Source: Ancylonema sp. (lineage: Eukaryota). From it: a stretch of 64,000 nt of DNA. The notes below the pieces were generated by a model. It saw only the letters and a program-made list of their open reading frames with translations, had not been told where the DNA came from and ran no database searches. Shown here one piece after another: positions 1 to 12,001 of this stretch. Position numbers and translations under genes: made by a program. Location of the stretch: positions 1 through 64,000 of the forward strand of contig JBFLGF010000196.1 in the NCBI GenBank assembly GCA_050230475.1. The letters are read 5' to 3'. Numbering within the stretch: position 1 is the stretch's first letter; the number at the start of each line of letters is the position of its first letter.

Positions 1-138
1 CCCCGGGGGATAATAATATAAATTTAACGCCTCTGGGCGCGCACCGTGCGCGAGATTTGCGCATCCTTGCGGCACGCGTGCGCGAGCGCACGCGTGCGGT
101 AAACGTGCGGGACGCGCACGCCAAAGACCCATCTAATG
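1..138 (-). mobile_element. End of a non-autonomous hAT-like element, same family as 40780-41250; truncated by the window edge
   Basis: 1-138 is close to the reverse complement of 40780-40930 (GCACGCGTGCG subterminal repeats) and ends in GACCCATCTAATG, matching the TIR CATAGATGGG. Confidence 0.75.
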
Positions 139-1531
139 GGGGTTGAATTATTCAACCCCCATTAAGACGCAATCTAGGCCTTGGCTTGGCGTGGAGATAC
201 AAAACTTACCTGAATCGCCCCTTAAAAGAATAACTATATTTGATGGTTATATTTGTTGTACTTCCTCAAGGTACCCTTGTTATGCTTTTCAAAGAAGGGC
301 CTGGATACTCCTACTTACGAGCCGAGTTCTTGGACTTTCCAGTCCTCCGTAAGGGTGAAGGTTCTTAGAGGCCAAAACATGGGAATGAACTAGACATTAC
401 CGAGTTTAAAAGAAGGTAATTTAGGTGCAAGGCACCGTTGTTGGGGTGGGGCACTTTTATAGAAAATTAATCGCCGAGAAAGGGGAGGGCCAGATAGTGG
501 AGCTTGGAGGGTATGAAAAAATCGAGTGGCTACATCCATAGTTGGGTCATTGGCGCTCGCGTTCCGAGCGCGTACCGAGCGTGCTTGGGTACGAGGGCGC
601 TCGTTACGTACTCGCAATTTTTTCGAGCGGCTCGTACCCATAGAAGGAAAAAGATATGACGTAAAAGGGTTCCGCGACCTAAACGATACGGTTTTATAGT
701 GCTCCCTCGTTACAATGACAAAAAGCTGAAGTAAATTTATGCTTGTAAAGACGTGTCCTTGTACATTGTATAAGTACATTGGCTTCTCGATTTTGAAATG
801 TGTATCGTTGTCTCGGGGAACTGCGTGAGTAAAGCGAAGTGAATAATCACATTTTTTGTTTACATTTTGCCTAAAATAAGTTGCCTTGGGATCATCATAT
901 AATTCCGCGTGTGTGTTGTGATTCAAGGTATACAAGTGCGTAATGAGACCAGTAAATAGGGACTAGCAAAATCCATTTAAATAACTTTACGAGGAGAGTT
1001 GGGGACGTAGGGAAGCAGTAAAGGATTGATTTTGATGATTATGGAGTAAATACAATGGACATGAACAACACGTACAATTTCAAGTAGATTGTCATTTGGT
1101 AATTGTTTAGATCGGTATTTTCTCGATTTTCATACATCGTTATTTGCGAGAAATAGCGTTCTATACACACATACAAGGACATTCATTCAGCAATAAAATC
1201 ATAACAAAATTTGTCCTCAAAGAGTGGCGTCATGCTTACATCGAGGGATTTTTTAATATTGATTATAACATCAATTATTATAAAGTTCCATGAAATTGTC
1301 CTAATATCGAGGTACTTGATGAAGAGGTTCGTGATAACGAGGGGTGGGACATTCAAGACATAGTTGGCTCCACCTCGGGCGGAAAACTTTCCGCCCGGAA
1401 TGCCGTCCGGGGCGGGTTCGCCCCGAGGAATTTGTGGGGCGGAGCCATAGGCCTAAATCCAAAAAACAAAATTGCCGCAATGCGGAGATATCGCCGGTTT
1501 TGTTCCAAACTGACTTCTTGCCTAGTGAACG

Positions 1532-2086
1532 TAGGGCTGTGAACGTTACCGTGACGCTTACGTTTGACGGTGAATTTACGCGTCATTTTGACGCGTAATG
1601 ACGCACACCCTCGGTAACGTTACGAATTACATCGATTCACTACTTTTGGTCATGACGGGCCCGGCATTGCCGTTACCCTGGCAAAAACGTAATCGTAAGT
1701 GTAATCGTACACATACCGTACATAACCGTACACATGCTACACGAAAAAAATCGTATGTCAAGCGTACGTTGTATACATATATGTACAGTAAAATACAAAT
1801 TTACTTTTCCGTACATTTTTTTGTTTCAATGTAAGATAGTACTTGTGAGTAAACACGTGCGATCATTGAACTCGAACAAGTCCGTACGCTTTTATTGGTA
1901 CGTTTTTACACGTGTGACAATGGAAATCCCGGCTTGATATCGACATATCGCCGAAGCTTCGTGTCTTAAATGGCCGAGCGTACAGTGACGCTTCCTGAAT
2001 TCCAAATTACGCGGTTTACGCGTAATCACGTTAATGGTCGGTAATTACGGGGACGAAATCCCAATTACGGTGATTTCACAACCCAA
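1532..2086. mobile_element. Non-autonomous hAT-like element/MITE
   Basis: Termini TAGGGCTGTGAA...TTCACAACCCAA. Flanking 8-mers AGTGAACG (1524-1531) and AGTGTACG (2087-2094) match 7/8. Many TTACG/CGTAA subterminal motifs. Confidence 0.7.
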
Positions 2087-2214
2087 AGTGTACGCCATAC
2101 GCCACACGTCCGACATCATCTAATGTCACGCATCATTACGCCTCCGTGGTTTGGTGTAGTATAATGTGATAACGGAGGGACTGCGGGCACCCCCCAAAGC
2201 GACTGCGGGCACCC

Positions 2215-3456
2215 TCTCATGCCGTTAGAGATCGTTATAAATTAAAGTCTTTTTAATTGTTGATCCGCTTGAAAATTAGCAATTTTGGTTATTGTCGATT
2301 TTTAGTCGTTATATCGAACTATATCGTTATATGAGTTTCGATCGGTCAGACGTTTGATTTGATAATTTTATTATACTCAGTCAATCTAGAAAAGCCGGTG
2401 TACCACTTTTTATATTTTAATTCGGAGTATTTATGTCGTATCGACGAGTTAGTAGATTCCCAATGCGCGCCGAGCTTTATCTCAGTCAGCTAGCCTGGCG
2501 TTTGAACCGCCGCACGTGTTAAATCCAGAACTAGAACAGACAGTCACGATTAGCTGTCTAGTCGATATTTTTTTTCAACCATAGATCAAGATAAGATCTA
2601 GATTACCGCGCGTGTGAAACGGCGCGTCGATTGTACTAAAGCCTAAGTCGCTTTCTTCTGAACTGCCAGCTTCCCGCAGGCAGTTTACGCTGTCTGAATT
2701 TCAACAACTCTTTGCAATCGCCATCTTTGCAATCTATGTGAATTCGTGTATTCTGCAATCGTCAACAATCGTTATCAAGTGTGCCGTTTCGCTTTGATAT
2801 TCTCTATGAATTTCTGCAAACTTCGCGTCGCTCCATCAGCCGTAAGTTCTGTGAAATTGCGTGTTTGCTTGTGCGTGCTGTCGCATCTCAAGTAGTACAA
2901 AAAGCCGTGTGCCGTTTTGCATACGCATCGTGTGAAATTCTGCCGTAGTCAGAATTATCGTTACCCTTGCAAAATCGTGACCCTTGCAAGTCGTTGATTG
3001 TTAGCCGTTTTGCTGACGTCAAAAATCGTTACAATTAGCTGCACCGTTTCGTGCGAGCTCAGTCAGACAATGCACCCTTTGAATTGCCTGCACCCGTTCC
3101 AGATATTGTGAATTGTTTTATTCACGACAACGTTTGATTCCCGACACCAATAGTGAGTACGCACCCCGTCGCAACCAACTATCATTCATTGTGCACCCTT
3201 GTAGAAATTCTATAGCTATTTGCCTTACGTTCTTTTTATTCGTAGCTGTCACCTGTTGTGAAATACGATAACCTCCAACGCGTGATTAACCTTAGTGTTG
3301 TTTCTAGACCTCCCACCACTAATCGTTGAGTGCATCTCAGCTTTCGGCGAGTAGTAGCTACGGCAAACTTCGTTGATAAGTCACATACCGTGCTTGAATT
3401 ACATTCTTTTGTGGTCAGTAGGGATTCAACCTACACCAATCTACTCTAAACTAACA
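2215..3456 (+). repeat. Repeat A1 (LTR 3' portion)
   Basis: Near-identical to 12208-13446 along its length. Ends CTAACA, followed by AGCGGAAGAGC, possibly an eroded TGGTATCAGAGC primer site. Confidence 0.9.
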
Positions 3457-3714
3457 AGCGGAAGAGCTTCTTTACATCGAGGTCTGCAGTTTTCGACACG
3501 TACGAAACCATTTTATTTTATTTTCCAACCCCGTGACCTGTCACCCCTGGTTATTCTCAGCACCGTGGCTTTGGACATATACCATACGAATACTGGCATA
3601 GTAATAACTGTCGATCGAAATCGACCGCAACCAAAGAAAACATTTATGGATTACCTCACCGGCGTACTAGATTTTGGCATTCTAGTGTGTGCAGATTGAT
3701 TGATTGATTGATTG

Positions 3715-4624
3715 TGGTGAAGATTGTGGCGGTGTTCAAGCGGTTCAGCAGCTCAAGTATGAGGGGTAGGGGGCAGCGGTTTTTTATTGTGACCGCGTTG
3801 AGGCCTCCGTAGTCCACACAGAGCCGCAACTTGCCATCGGGCTTCTTAATGAACATCACAGGTGCTCCTCCTGAGCTGGTTGAAGGCCTGATGAACCCAT
3901 TTACAAGGTTGGCTGTTATGTAGGCTTTCAAGGTAGCCAACTCCGGCTCGGAGAGGGAGTAGATCGGCCCCCAAGGTGGATCTTTCCCGGGCAGGAGGGA
4001 AATCTCGAGGTCATACGGGCGGTGGGGGGGAAGGGTGTTTGCAGCCTGCTCCGAGAACACATATGCGAAGTCGTGGTACGCCGGGGGGAGCTTGGCGAGG
4101 ATGGCTGGATCGGGGGGAGGGGGGAGGACAGCGGCTAAAACTGCTGGTTTGGGTAAGGGAAGGGGAGGGGAGGGGGGGGGGGGAGGGAGGCTAGAGACCA
4201 GGCGGTCTGTTGCACAAAGGAGGCTCGTGAAGGACACCTATCCCGCCACCCAGTCGATTGTAGGGTTATGTTCGTGGAGCGAGGGAAACCCCAGCACCAT
4301 AGAGTAGTGGGCCAGACGGGTCACGTCCAGATGCAAGGTCTCGATGTGGTCACCCGGGCATCTGACCTTGGCATCGTAGTAGCAGGTGATAGGGCCTGCT
4401 GCGGGTGGAGTGCCAGCGACCAGTTCGACCGGGATAGGTTGGGGGTGGGGTTGGGTGATCAGGTTATGGTTTTCGAGGAGGGAGGGGTCCACGAAGTTTC
4501 CCGATGCCCCACAGTCGACGAGAGCGACGACGGTAATAAGGGGGAGGGGGTATTGGAGGAGTTGGATGGAAATGGTGAGTTGGCGGGGAGTGGAATGGGG
4601 GGAGGGTGGGGAAAGGGAACCCAA
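3715..4624 (-). pseudogene. Ty3/gypsy pol fragment (protease plus RT N-terminus), with an in-frame stop between the two ORFs
   Basis: ORFs 4238-4624 and 3656-4237 are consecutive in one frame. RT homology stops at IFTTI, before the catalytic DD motif. Confidence 0.85.
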
Positions 4625-4682
4625 ACAGACCCCTCCTAGGACTGAGTGGGGGAGTCGTTTTTTGGCTCCTCAGGCTGCAGAT

Positions 4683-5735
4683 CTAGGAAGCGCACGGATC
4701 TGGACTGGCTTTTGTTGGGACAGTGTGCAAGCACGTGGCCGGCCAGACCACAATAGTGGCACAGATTGCCCTCCTTGCGTCCGGCCGACTCTGTGGGCTG
4801 CAACTTGAGGACCTGGCGGCGGGTCCCATCGATGTCCATGGCGCCACCGAAAGGTGAGGGGGGATTCTGCTGAGGGGGGATCTGATCAGCAGCTCTAGCC
4901 TGGGGGGGGCGTAGGTTAAGCACAAGGGTTTGTCCAGGCGAGCAGCAGCCAGGGCGTTTTCTATGTTCGTCACAAAGGTAACATACTCCGAGAAGGTTTC
5001 ATGGGGTGTCTGAACCTTCAGGATCTCTTGCCGCAGCTCGGGCTTCAGCCTTTCAAAGTAAGTGAAGATTATAGGATGATCTCCCCACCCTTGAAACCCC
5101 CTGACTAAGGTTCTGAACTTGGCGGTAAAGTCCTGAACTGCCCTTGTCTGCTTGAGTTCACGCAGCTGGCGTTCCTTGGTCAGGTTGGAGGGGATGTCGC
5201 CAAAGGACTCACTCAGACCTGCTAGGAGGTTGTCCACATTATAGATAGCGGGAAGGTTTCCTTTTGGATCATGTTGCTGAGTGAACCACTCGCCAGCAGC
5301 ACCAATTAGGAAGGAGGAAAAGTAGAGGACCGTATGGCCAGGATCGGAGAATCTGATAGGAGCCACCCGGATCCGGGTGCGCACTAGCCATAGGAAGGTA
5401 GCCAAACTTGCAGAATCGCCAAAATACTTGTGTAGATCAGGAAGGACCATTTGTGAAGGGGCTGGCTGGTAGGCTGGTTGATAAACAGGGACAGGCTGTG
5501 GGATAGGTGGGGGTTGGGCTGAGATAGGAGATGGGGTGCTGAGGTGCGCCTCCACCACCTTTTGTTTCTCATTAAACTCATTGGATTGAGCAAATAAAGT
5601 CGTGATTTTTTCATCTGTTTTGGCGTGCCGTTCCATATTTTCACTCATTTGCAAACTCATGGCGTTCAAAGTCTCCATAATTTGTTGCATCTCCATGAGG
5701 AAGAATGTGAAACCCCCGGAAAAAACGGCGGCCAA
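4683..5735 (-). pseudogene. Ty3/gypsy gag (retrotransposon capsid domain), frameshifted before the zinc knuckle
   Basis: SSFLIGAAGEWF and LRELKQTRAVQDFTAKFR..LKPELRQE are typical retrotrans_gag segments. The knuckle lies in another frame. Confidence 0.8.
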
Positions 5736-7609
5736 AAAATGAGGTTTTGCCTAAAGAAGAAGTTGGAAAATCCCAATTGTATTCCTATCAAAGTGTTAGG
5801 AGTGGAATAAAACGGAACTCCTAGCAATCTATGTTGCAAGTGCACACACAAGGCAATGACGAAATGAGCCGATAGGATGGAGGCCAATGAGCCGATGATC
5901 AAATGGTTTGGTTGTTATGGTAGGCACAACAAGGTACAAGTACATGAGTTGATAGGAATGCTCTAGAGGCATTCCTATCGGCTAGATATAGGAAAGTCGG
6001 CCCTAGCCGACTCTGGGAACAAATGTGGGATAAATAAGTCAAGGGCGGCTAAGTACACACAGAATGTGGCTAAAGGCACAACTGCCATGACTAAGGACAC
6101 AACAGAATACTCCCTAGGGGCCAGGCGCGGCCGCTAGGGACACAAGTCTCACTATAAAGGGGGAAAACTCGTTATAGGGAAATATGCTCTAGTAGCGCTC
6201 TAGCGCTAACTGTGGGGACCTCGTTAGGGAGCCCTAGTGACTGTAGCGAGGGTCCTAACAAAGAGAGCGAGTCAGAATCTCACCATTCATGTTGATGCTT
6301 CACCCCGTGCAGGTGCAACCATAACCGAGTGGGATAGCCGTGAGACACCAACTTCGTACATGCATCGTCCCATCACCTCATCTCTGGCCTACCTAGAGAA
6401 CCAGGCGAAAGAAAGCACCAATCTCACCCCTAGTGAGACACACAAGGTACTTTACCCTGATCTCCCGGCTCATTATATGATGGCACCACGTCGCTCACCC
6501 AGAGTTGCAGCCATTGTAGACAAGGAAGGACAGAGAGAGGAACGAAGGAAAAATAGTGCTAGAGTCGTTGTCGATGTCAGCACACCCATGCATTCGGCAA
6601 ATCAGGGCTCATCTAGTGACGGTGAAGAACAACAGACTAAAGAACGGTCTCCTTCACCCACTATATATCCAGACACTCCAATTTACCAAGATGCATAGTC
6701 AAAACCAGGGGAGTACCCCACTCCTCACCCTGAAACATTGTTGGAAACCGTTGCTAGAGAAGGAGAAGACTATGGTCGACGACAGGGATACAACACCAAA
6801 ATGTCTGATTCTTTCGAACCACATTTCCCTTTGCAACTGGAACCAGGTACTACCAGAATGCAGCACATGAATGATTCAGATGTGCCACCACCCTTACCCT
6901 TGGCTAAATGTAATACATCGCCACAGGGCAATATAAATAACGTTATTAGCGAATAACAAACACATACGACTCGAACGTAATCGACACGCTATATCCTCAG
7001 ACTGCACCAGCTAGAGATTGTTCAATCAATGAATGAGTGAAAGCTCTGCAGGCTGCGGCGTGTATGTTTGAAGGCGGAGCTCACGATCGAATCGTGCACA
7101 AGCTCATGTTCCGTTGAGGGAAAGCTCCCTCAGCTGACACCGGTTAGCCCAGGCCACTGGAAAGCTCTACGAGCTCAAATGGTCGATGCAGGATGGAATC
7201 CGCAAACGACGGTTGACTTGCGTCATGTACGGCTGAATCCGTACGAATGAACGGGGATTTTGACCCGTCAAAGGACCCGTCGAAATACTAGACAGTTACC
7301 GGCTCCATGCGGGGGCGGTAATATATAATATTAAACAAGTATTAATTGGCGCAACCTTGCGCCAAGTATTAATAATACTTAGGCGGGGCGCAGGCCCGAG
7401 GCCAGCGTCCCTCTCTATAAGCAACTCTGCTTATAGGCGCAATCAATAATTAACTTAATTATCGACAAAACAAGAGTAATGTACGAGTGCACACGTCACT
7501 CCGTTACACTAAAGCTCAAATTCACCATGATCGTCTTCATGAAATTTTGATGCAGCAACGCGCCATGGTTCAGGGAACGGAGTCAGCACTCTAGGAGGCA
7601 GCCGATCTG

Positions 7610-8200
7610 GTGAACTTCATGCAAGACCCTGCAAACGCCCGTACCACCAACCCCGACTTCCTCAAGGACTCAGCCCGACTACCTGCTCACCACAACCGGC
7701 TGGCGAAGCATTACGGCATCACCATGTTGCCTTACCGACGAGGTGTTCTCCTCGTAGGCGATGTGAAACCCGTGGAGAATGTATTAGACACTGGTGCCAA
7801 AGAAACCATGATTGGCGCCAACCTCACCAAACTCCTCCAACTCTCACCCGCTGACCTGCACCCCGGAGCACCATATATTACAGCGTCAGGAAAGACAGAG
7901 TTGAGTTTGGGTAGTACCAAGGAGAAGATTCCCATTACCATTGGGGAAGGCACTGCTCACCCTTGCACTGTGCATCTTCACCTCCATCTGTCACCATCGA
8001 CGGAGTTTGACATCATCCTTGGCAACTCGTTTATTTGCCCGATGGGAGGATACCCTGATTCGTGGGCCGAGACATACATGTATCGACCAGACTTCCGGAC
8101 GGGAGGACATTGTTTGGCAGGCGTCCCTATTGCCATACATGAGACTCACGACACTCCGGCGATCTACATGGCGCGCAAGAAGCAGTTTGCGCATCCTCCC
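7610..8200 (+). pseudogene. Retroviral-type aspartic protease remnant
   Basis: VLDTGAKETMIG, TASG flap and FDIILGNSF are the three conserved retropepsin segments. Confidence 0.75.
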
Positions 8201-10269
8201 GGCTCCAACCGTCGAGGACTTTGGAGTCAGCATACTACACCGACAAAAGCAGAGGACGAGTGCGTCTTCGATGACGACGACGTCACGGTGGTTCCCACCG
8301 TTGATCCCACACCACTCCCTCCGGAGGATCCTCCAGCACCTGAAGCACATGGAGTTAACCATTCTTGTACCCTTGGTCACCACCATCGCTGCAACCCTGC
8401 CACCACCTCCTGGCGTGGGACCCGACTTCATCACCCCGGTGTCATCTCCAGCACCTCGTTTCTCACCCTCGACTTCACCTCTCTCGGAGTACAATGAACC
8501 ACCTCGCTCTACCCTTAGTCGAGAGTTCGATTCGTACTTCCGAGACACCCCCCAGAAACCACGTTTATCGACAGGTACACATTGCACGGCAAATTAAAAC
8601 ACGGTTATTCACCACGGAATTTGAGTGCAGGTCGTTCTCTCCGCTCACCCGTGTTCCCGACATCCCCATTACATGCGGCGATAGCACCCTCGCAACAAAA
8701 GGAAATTGCTGCACCACCCACTGCATCGATGCAACCACTTCCCCACCCGTTACCACCACACCATCGACAGTCAGAGGTACACATTTACCACCCGTCGATG
8801 CATCGCAAACAAAGCCAACACCAATGTACATGTACTTATCTGCTAATGTCGATGCAGCTTCGGTACTTCGAGTCACGGTGCGATCGAAATCTGAGGAGGG
8901 ACCATTACAAGCACCCTTGTCATCTCAGAACCTTGGCAAAGGACAGCAGCAAAACCATCGACAGGAGCAACTTTAACTTGACCTGCTTAACCTCATGGCA
9001 TTGGCTGACCACCTGCACATCGATCGATACGTCGATACCATGCTCCAATGGTTCAACCCAGACATTCAGCTCACCCCGATTGAGCAACTCTACATCATCC
9101 TCACGAGTCCATTTCATGAGCCTCACCACATGACCGTGCCATCGATCGAAGCCATTCGGACTCAAGCTACCTTGGATCGAGTGAAGAGGGAGAAAGCGGT
9201 CAAAGATAAACTCACCGCTGAACTCCGTGCTCTACTTCGGCAAGAGTGGGACGCAGACAAGGAAGCCGATCGCATCCAAGATGCCGAGGACACTACACCA
9301 GTAGACAAACCAACGGGCGATAACGTTGACGCAGAGTTGCTAGCGGGCCGTCAACGCGAAATCGACAACCTTGCTGACGATCTGCAACAAGCCAACCACA
9401 CCATCTTCAACCAGGCTGCGGCATTGCGGGCGAAGGAAGATGCCATCGCAGTCTACCAAGCGGAGAAGAAGAAGGGCAAAGAAAAAGCGGACCTTGTCGT
9501 GAAGCTAGAACTTTCGGAGTCTGACTCCAACGACAACATGAAGAATGTTCCACCTGCGGGATACAAGCATCGAACCACGGTCACCATCGGAGAGCGCACA
9601 AACCAGTCCGGAGTCCACGCGCGGAGTTGCAGCGTCCTATACATCGACAAAGGACGACTCCCAACCCAAAATCAACCAACGCCACAGCCCATTCCGGTGT
9701 ACTTGACTTTTTCCCGGCGTCCCCCACCATCGACACTCCTCAAGGCCCAACCTTCAGTACCCCCTTTTCTCCCCATCCCTTCCCCGCAGCACAATGCAAC
9801 TCAGTTTGCTCAAGACCAGGCAGCAGTCAACGTTATGGCGACGGCTGCACAACGCCAAATGGCACTCCGTGACTACGACAACTTGCGTGACCCCCGTGAT
9901 GGTGACGACCTCGACAAACATCGGGCTCGCTACCATCAGAAGTTCCCGTTTTGGAACCCCAAAGATCAGCATCTCGCCGTGCCTGGATATCCTTACCTCA
10001 TCACCCAACGAGTATTGCCTGCAACATTTTCACCCCAGCAGTTAGTCGAGGAAACTCGGAGAATCTACACATCCCGTAGCGTGAGTGCTGTCGCCACCAT
10101 CCGCGAGGAGCAACTCACCATGGGTCAACGATTGCTGCGTTTGGGAAACCATAAAATCATGCAGGACTTCACCCTTTCTCCACCCAGGCTTCATTGGAAC
10201 GGACGCAAGTTTCAAGGAGCAAAACCTATGCCAGCCGGCATCGCACCCTTTCACCCGTCCATTCTCAGC

Positions 10270-11230
10270 AAAGGCGTGCACATCTATGAACCATTTGGGG
10301 GATCCGACATCAGCATCCTCTACCTCCACTTGGAATGTGGCGACTTTGTGGGGACTTATACGACGCCGTGTACTTCGCCTGCAAAAAGCTCAACGACAAT
10401 TCCCTGGACAACTCCCCGACAGCGCAATTGCAGGTTGCTGCAGTCGTTTGGGGAGCAACATCATCGAGGAAACGGCAAAACCTGCCTTCACGCGCCTCAT
10501 CAACGAGCGTGGCCAACTCGACATTTTGGGGGGGAATTGGATTAGGGAAACGGAGGTCACCTTTAGTCCACTTAGGAGGGGCTTCGATCACCGTGTGTAC
10601 CCTTTCGTGGCGCTGCTCAAGGTTCTGCAAAACCTTTCAGACATCAGGATCACCCTCCTCGTTACATTCCTTTTCACCCACAGGTTTTTGGCTTCACCAC
10701 CCTGGGTAGCAGAGATGTACCCTTTGGTTACCCCTTTCCTTGGACACCCAACCGTCATCGAGGCAACCGCGGTCAACTCCAACAACCGCCGATCAACCCT
10801 TGTGTGGGAGAACCACATGCCAACCCGCCCTCTCGAAGCTTGCTTGCCTGGTGATACCATTGGATGTCAACTTGTTTACATTTTAGAACCAGGTAATTTC
10901 CCGACACCAGTGCTTGCCAGTGATGTGCAACCCCCGATTGTGAACATTGTTGGGCAACCCCGACGTGCATTCCCACCTATCACCCCATACCCCGACAATT
11001 TTGACTTCACCATTGATCCGGCCACCGGTCACCTAGGCGAGGGCATGGTGTATGAACAACAATCTGGCACCTACATTACACCCTCACCCTATGATCTGGA
11101 ACGTGCCATGGGCTTCACCCCGAGAGCCACCGCAGGATGAGTGGGAATGATCCGCACCTATGCTCAGCGTCGCAGCACCCTTGGTTTGTCCCTCGATCGT
11201 CACGTCACCCACTATCTGGCATCCATCATC
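10270..11230 (+). pseudogene. Degenerate C5 cytosine methyltransferase-like (DNMT3-related, retrotransposon-borne) domain
   Basis: Motif I-like GVHIYEPFGG lies in the frame of ORF 8995. After a frameshift, the frame of ORF 10085 gives QFPGQLPDSAI, LDILGGNW, NRRSTLVWEN, ILEPG, GQPRRAFP and LERAMGFTPRAT. Past a premature TGA (11138-11140) the same frame gives QRRSTLGLSLD (motif X-like). No catalytic PC or ENV is visible. Confidence 0.7.
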
Positions 11231-11989
11231 ATGGAAACCTACAACCCATAGGGACAGCGCCTCACCTCAACTCTCAGGTATTCTCCACCATCCTTGTTGA
11301 GGCAGAAGGCCAACTCAACCAAAGTTTCAATGCATCCTGTCACCCAAGCAACAAAACAAAAATAAGAAACCCGTACAATCAATTCTCCTTGCGCCATTAG
11401 CAATCCCACCACCTGTTAATGACGAACCTTGGAAAACCACCGGTGCATCTTCTATCGCATCTAGCTCACCCCAAACATCGACATCTTCGACAACTATTTA
11501 CCCTTGCTCTCATCCAGTCATCACTCAAGCAGAGTCCCTCGGTGCAAATGCAACCAATTTACTTCAAACTGAAAAAGAAATATTGGAATTTTCGGTAGAA
11601 GTTCCGGATTTAATTTGTCACTCACCACCTCTCTGTGAAAAAACCTCACGGTGTACACCTTGGCGAGTAACCACAGTAGATCCTGACCCTGTGTCAACCC
11701 CTGTTGTCTCACCACATGTCAACAACCCACAGTTTCTCTCAAAACAATTTCCTTCACCCTTGCATGCCATTCAACTACAGTATGACTCAGGCACCTCTCA
11801 TCATGCCTATTACTAGAAACCAATGCAATTTGGACATCCTCACCAACCTGGCCGTGTGTGCATTGCATTTGAGAAAACCTATGTCTCGACAGTGAACAAC
11901 AAGAAACCCGGCATTCTGCAATACATCCTAACCTTGCTCCACATCATCTGTCCATGTGTCCCAGCCTCCGACGCAAAGCTTTCGTAGCT

Positions 11990-12001
11990 AGGGGGGGGGA
12001 G
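11990..12001 (+). other. Polypurine tract
   Basis: AGGGGGGGGGAG immediately precedes the TG that starts repeat B1. Confidence 0.75.

Larger units (their letters stand above)
3693..6260 (-). mobile_element. Truncated Ty3/gypsy (chromovirus, Tcn1/Tf2-like) retrotransposon: 5' LTR, gag, protease, RT N-terminus
   Basis: Putative LTR 5913-6260 with TGTTA...TAACA termini. Gag ORF 4683-5735; zinc knuckle CHYCGLAGHVLAHC (4636-4923); protease ALVDCGASGNF (4238-4624); [29 protein letters not shown] (3656-4237). Ends abruptly in (ATCA)n. Confidence 0.88.

Noticed and set aside
390..935. 181-aa minus-strand ORF
   Set aside because: Crosses a MITE-like remnant (CATAGTTGGG at ~537); no recognisable domain.
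1359..1450. GC-rich MITE-like remnants here, at 17760-17850 and at 56519
   Set aside because: Only one terminus is recognisable and there is no TSD, so boundaries cannot be supported.
2141..2172. tRNA-like 5' stretch GTGGTTTGGTGTAGTATAA
   Set aside because: No B-box or cloverleaf can be completed; it runs into the MITE TSD.
3410..3440. Stem-loop followed by CCA (GTAGGGATTCAACCTACACCA) as a tRNA 3' end
   Set aside because: Lacks TTC T-loop spacing and an acceptor stem; it is part of repeat A.
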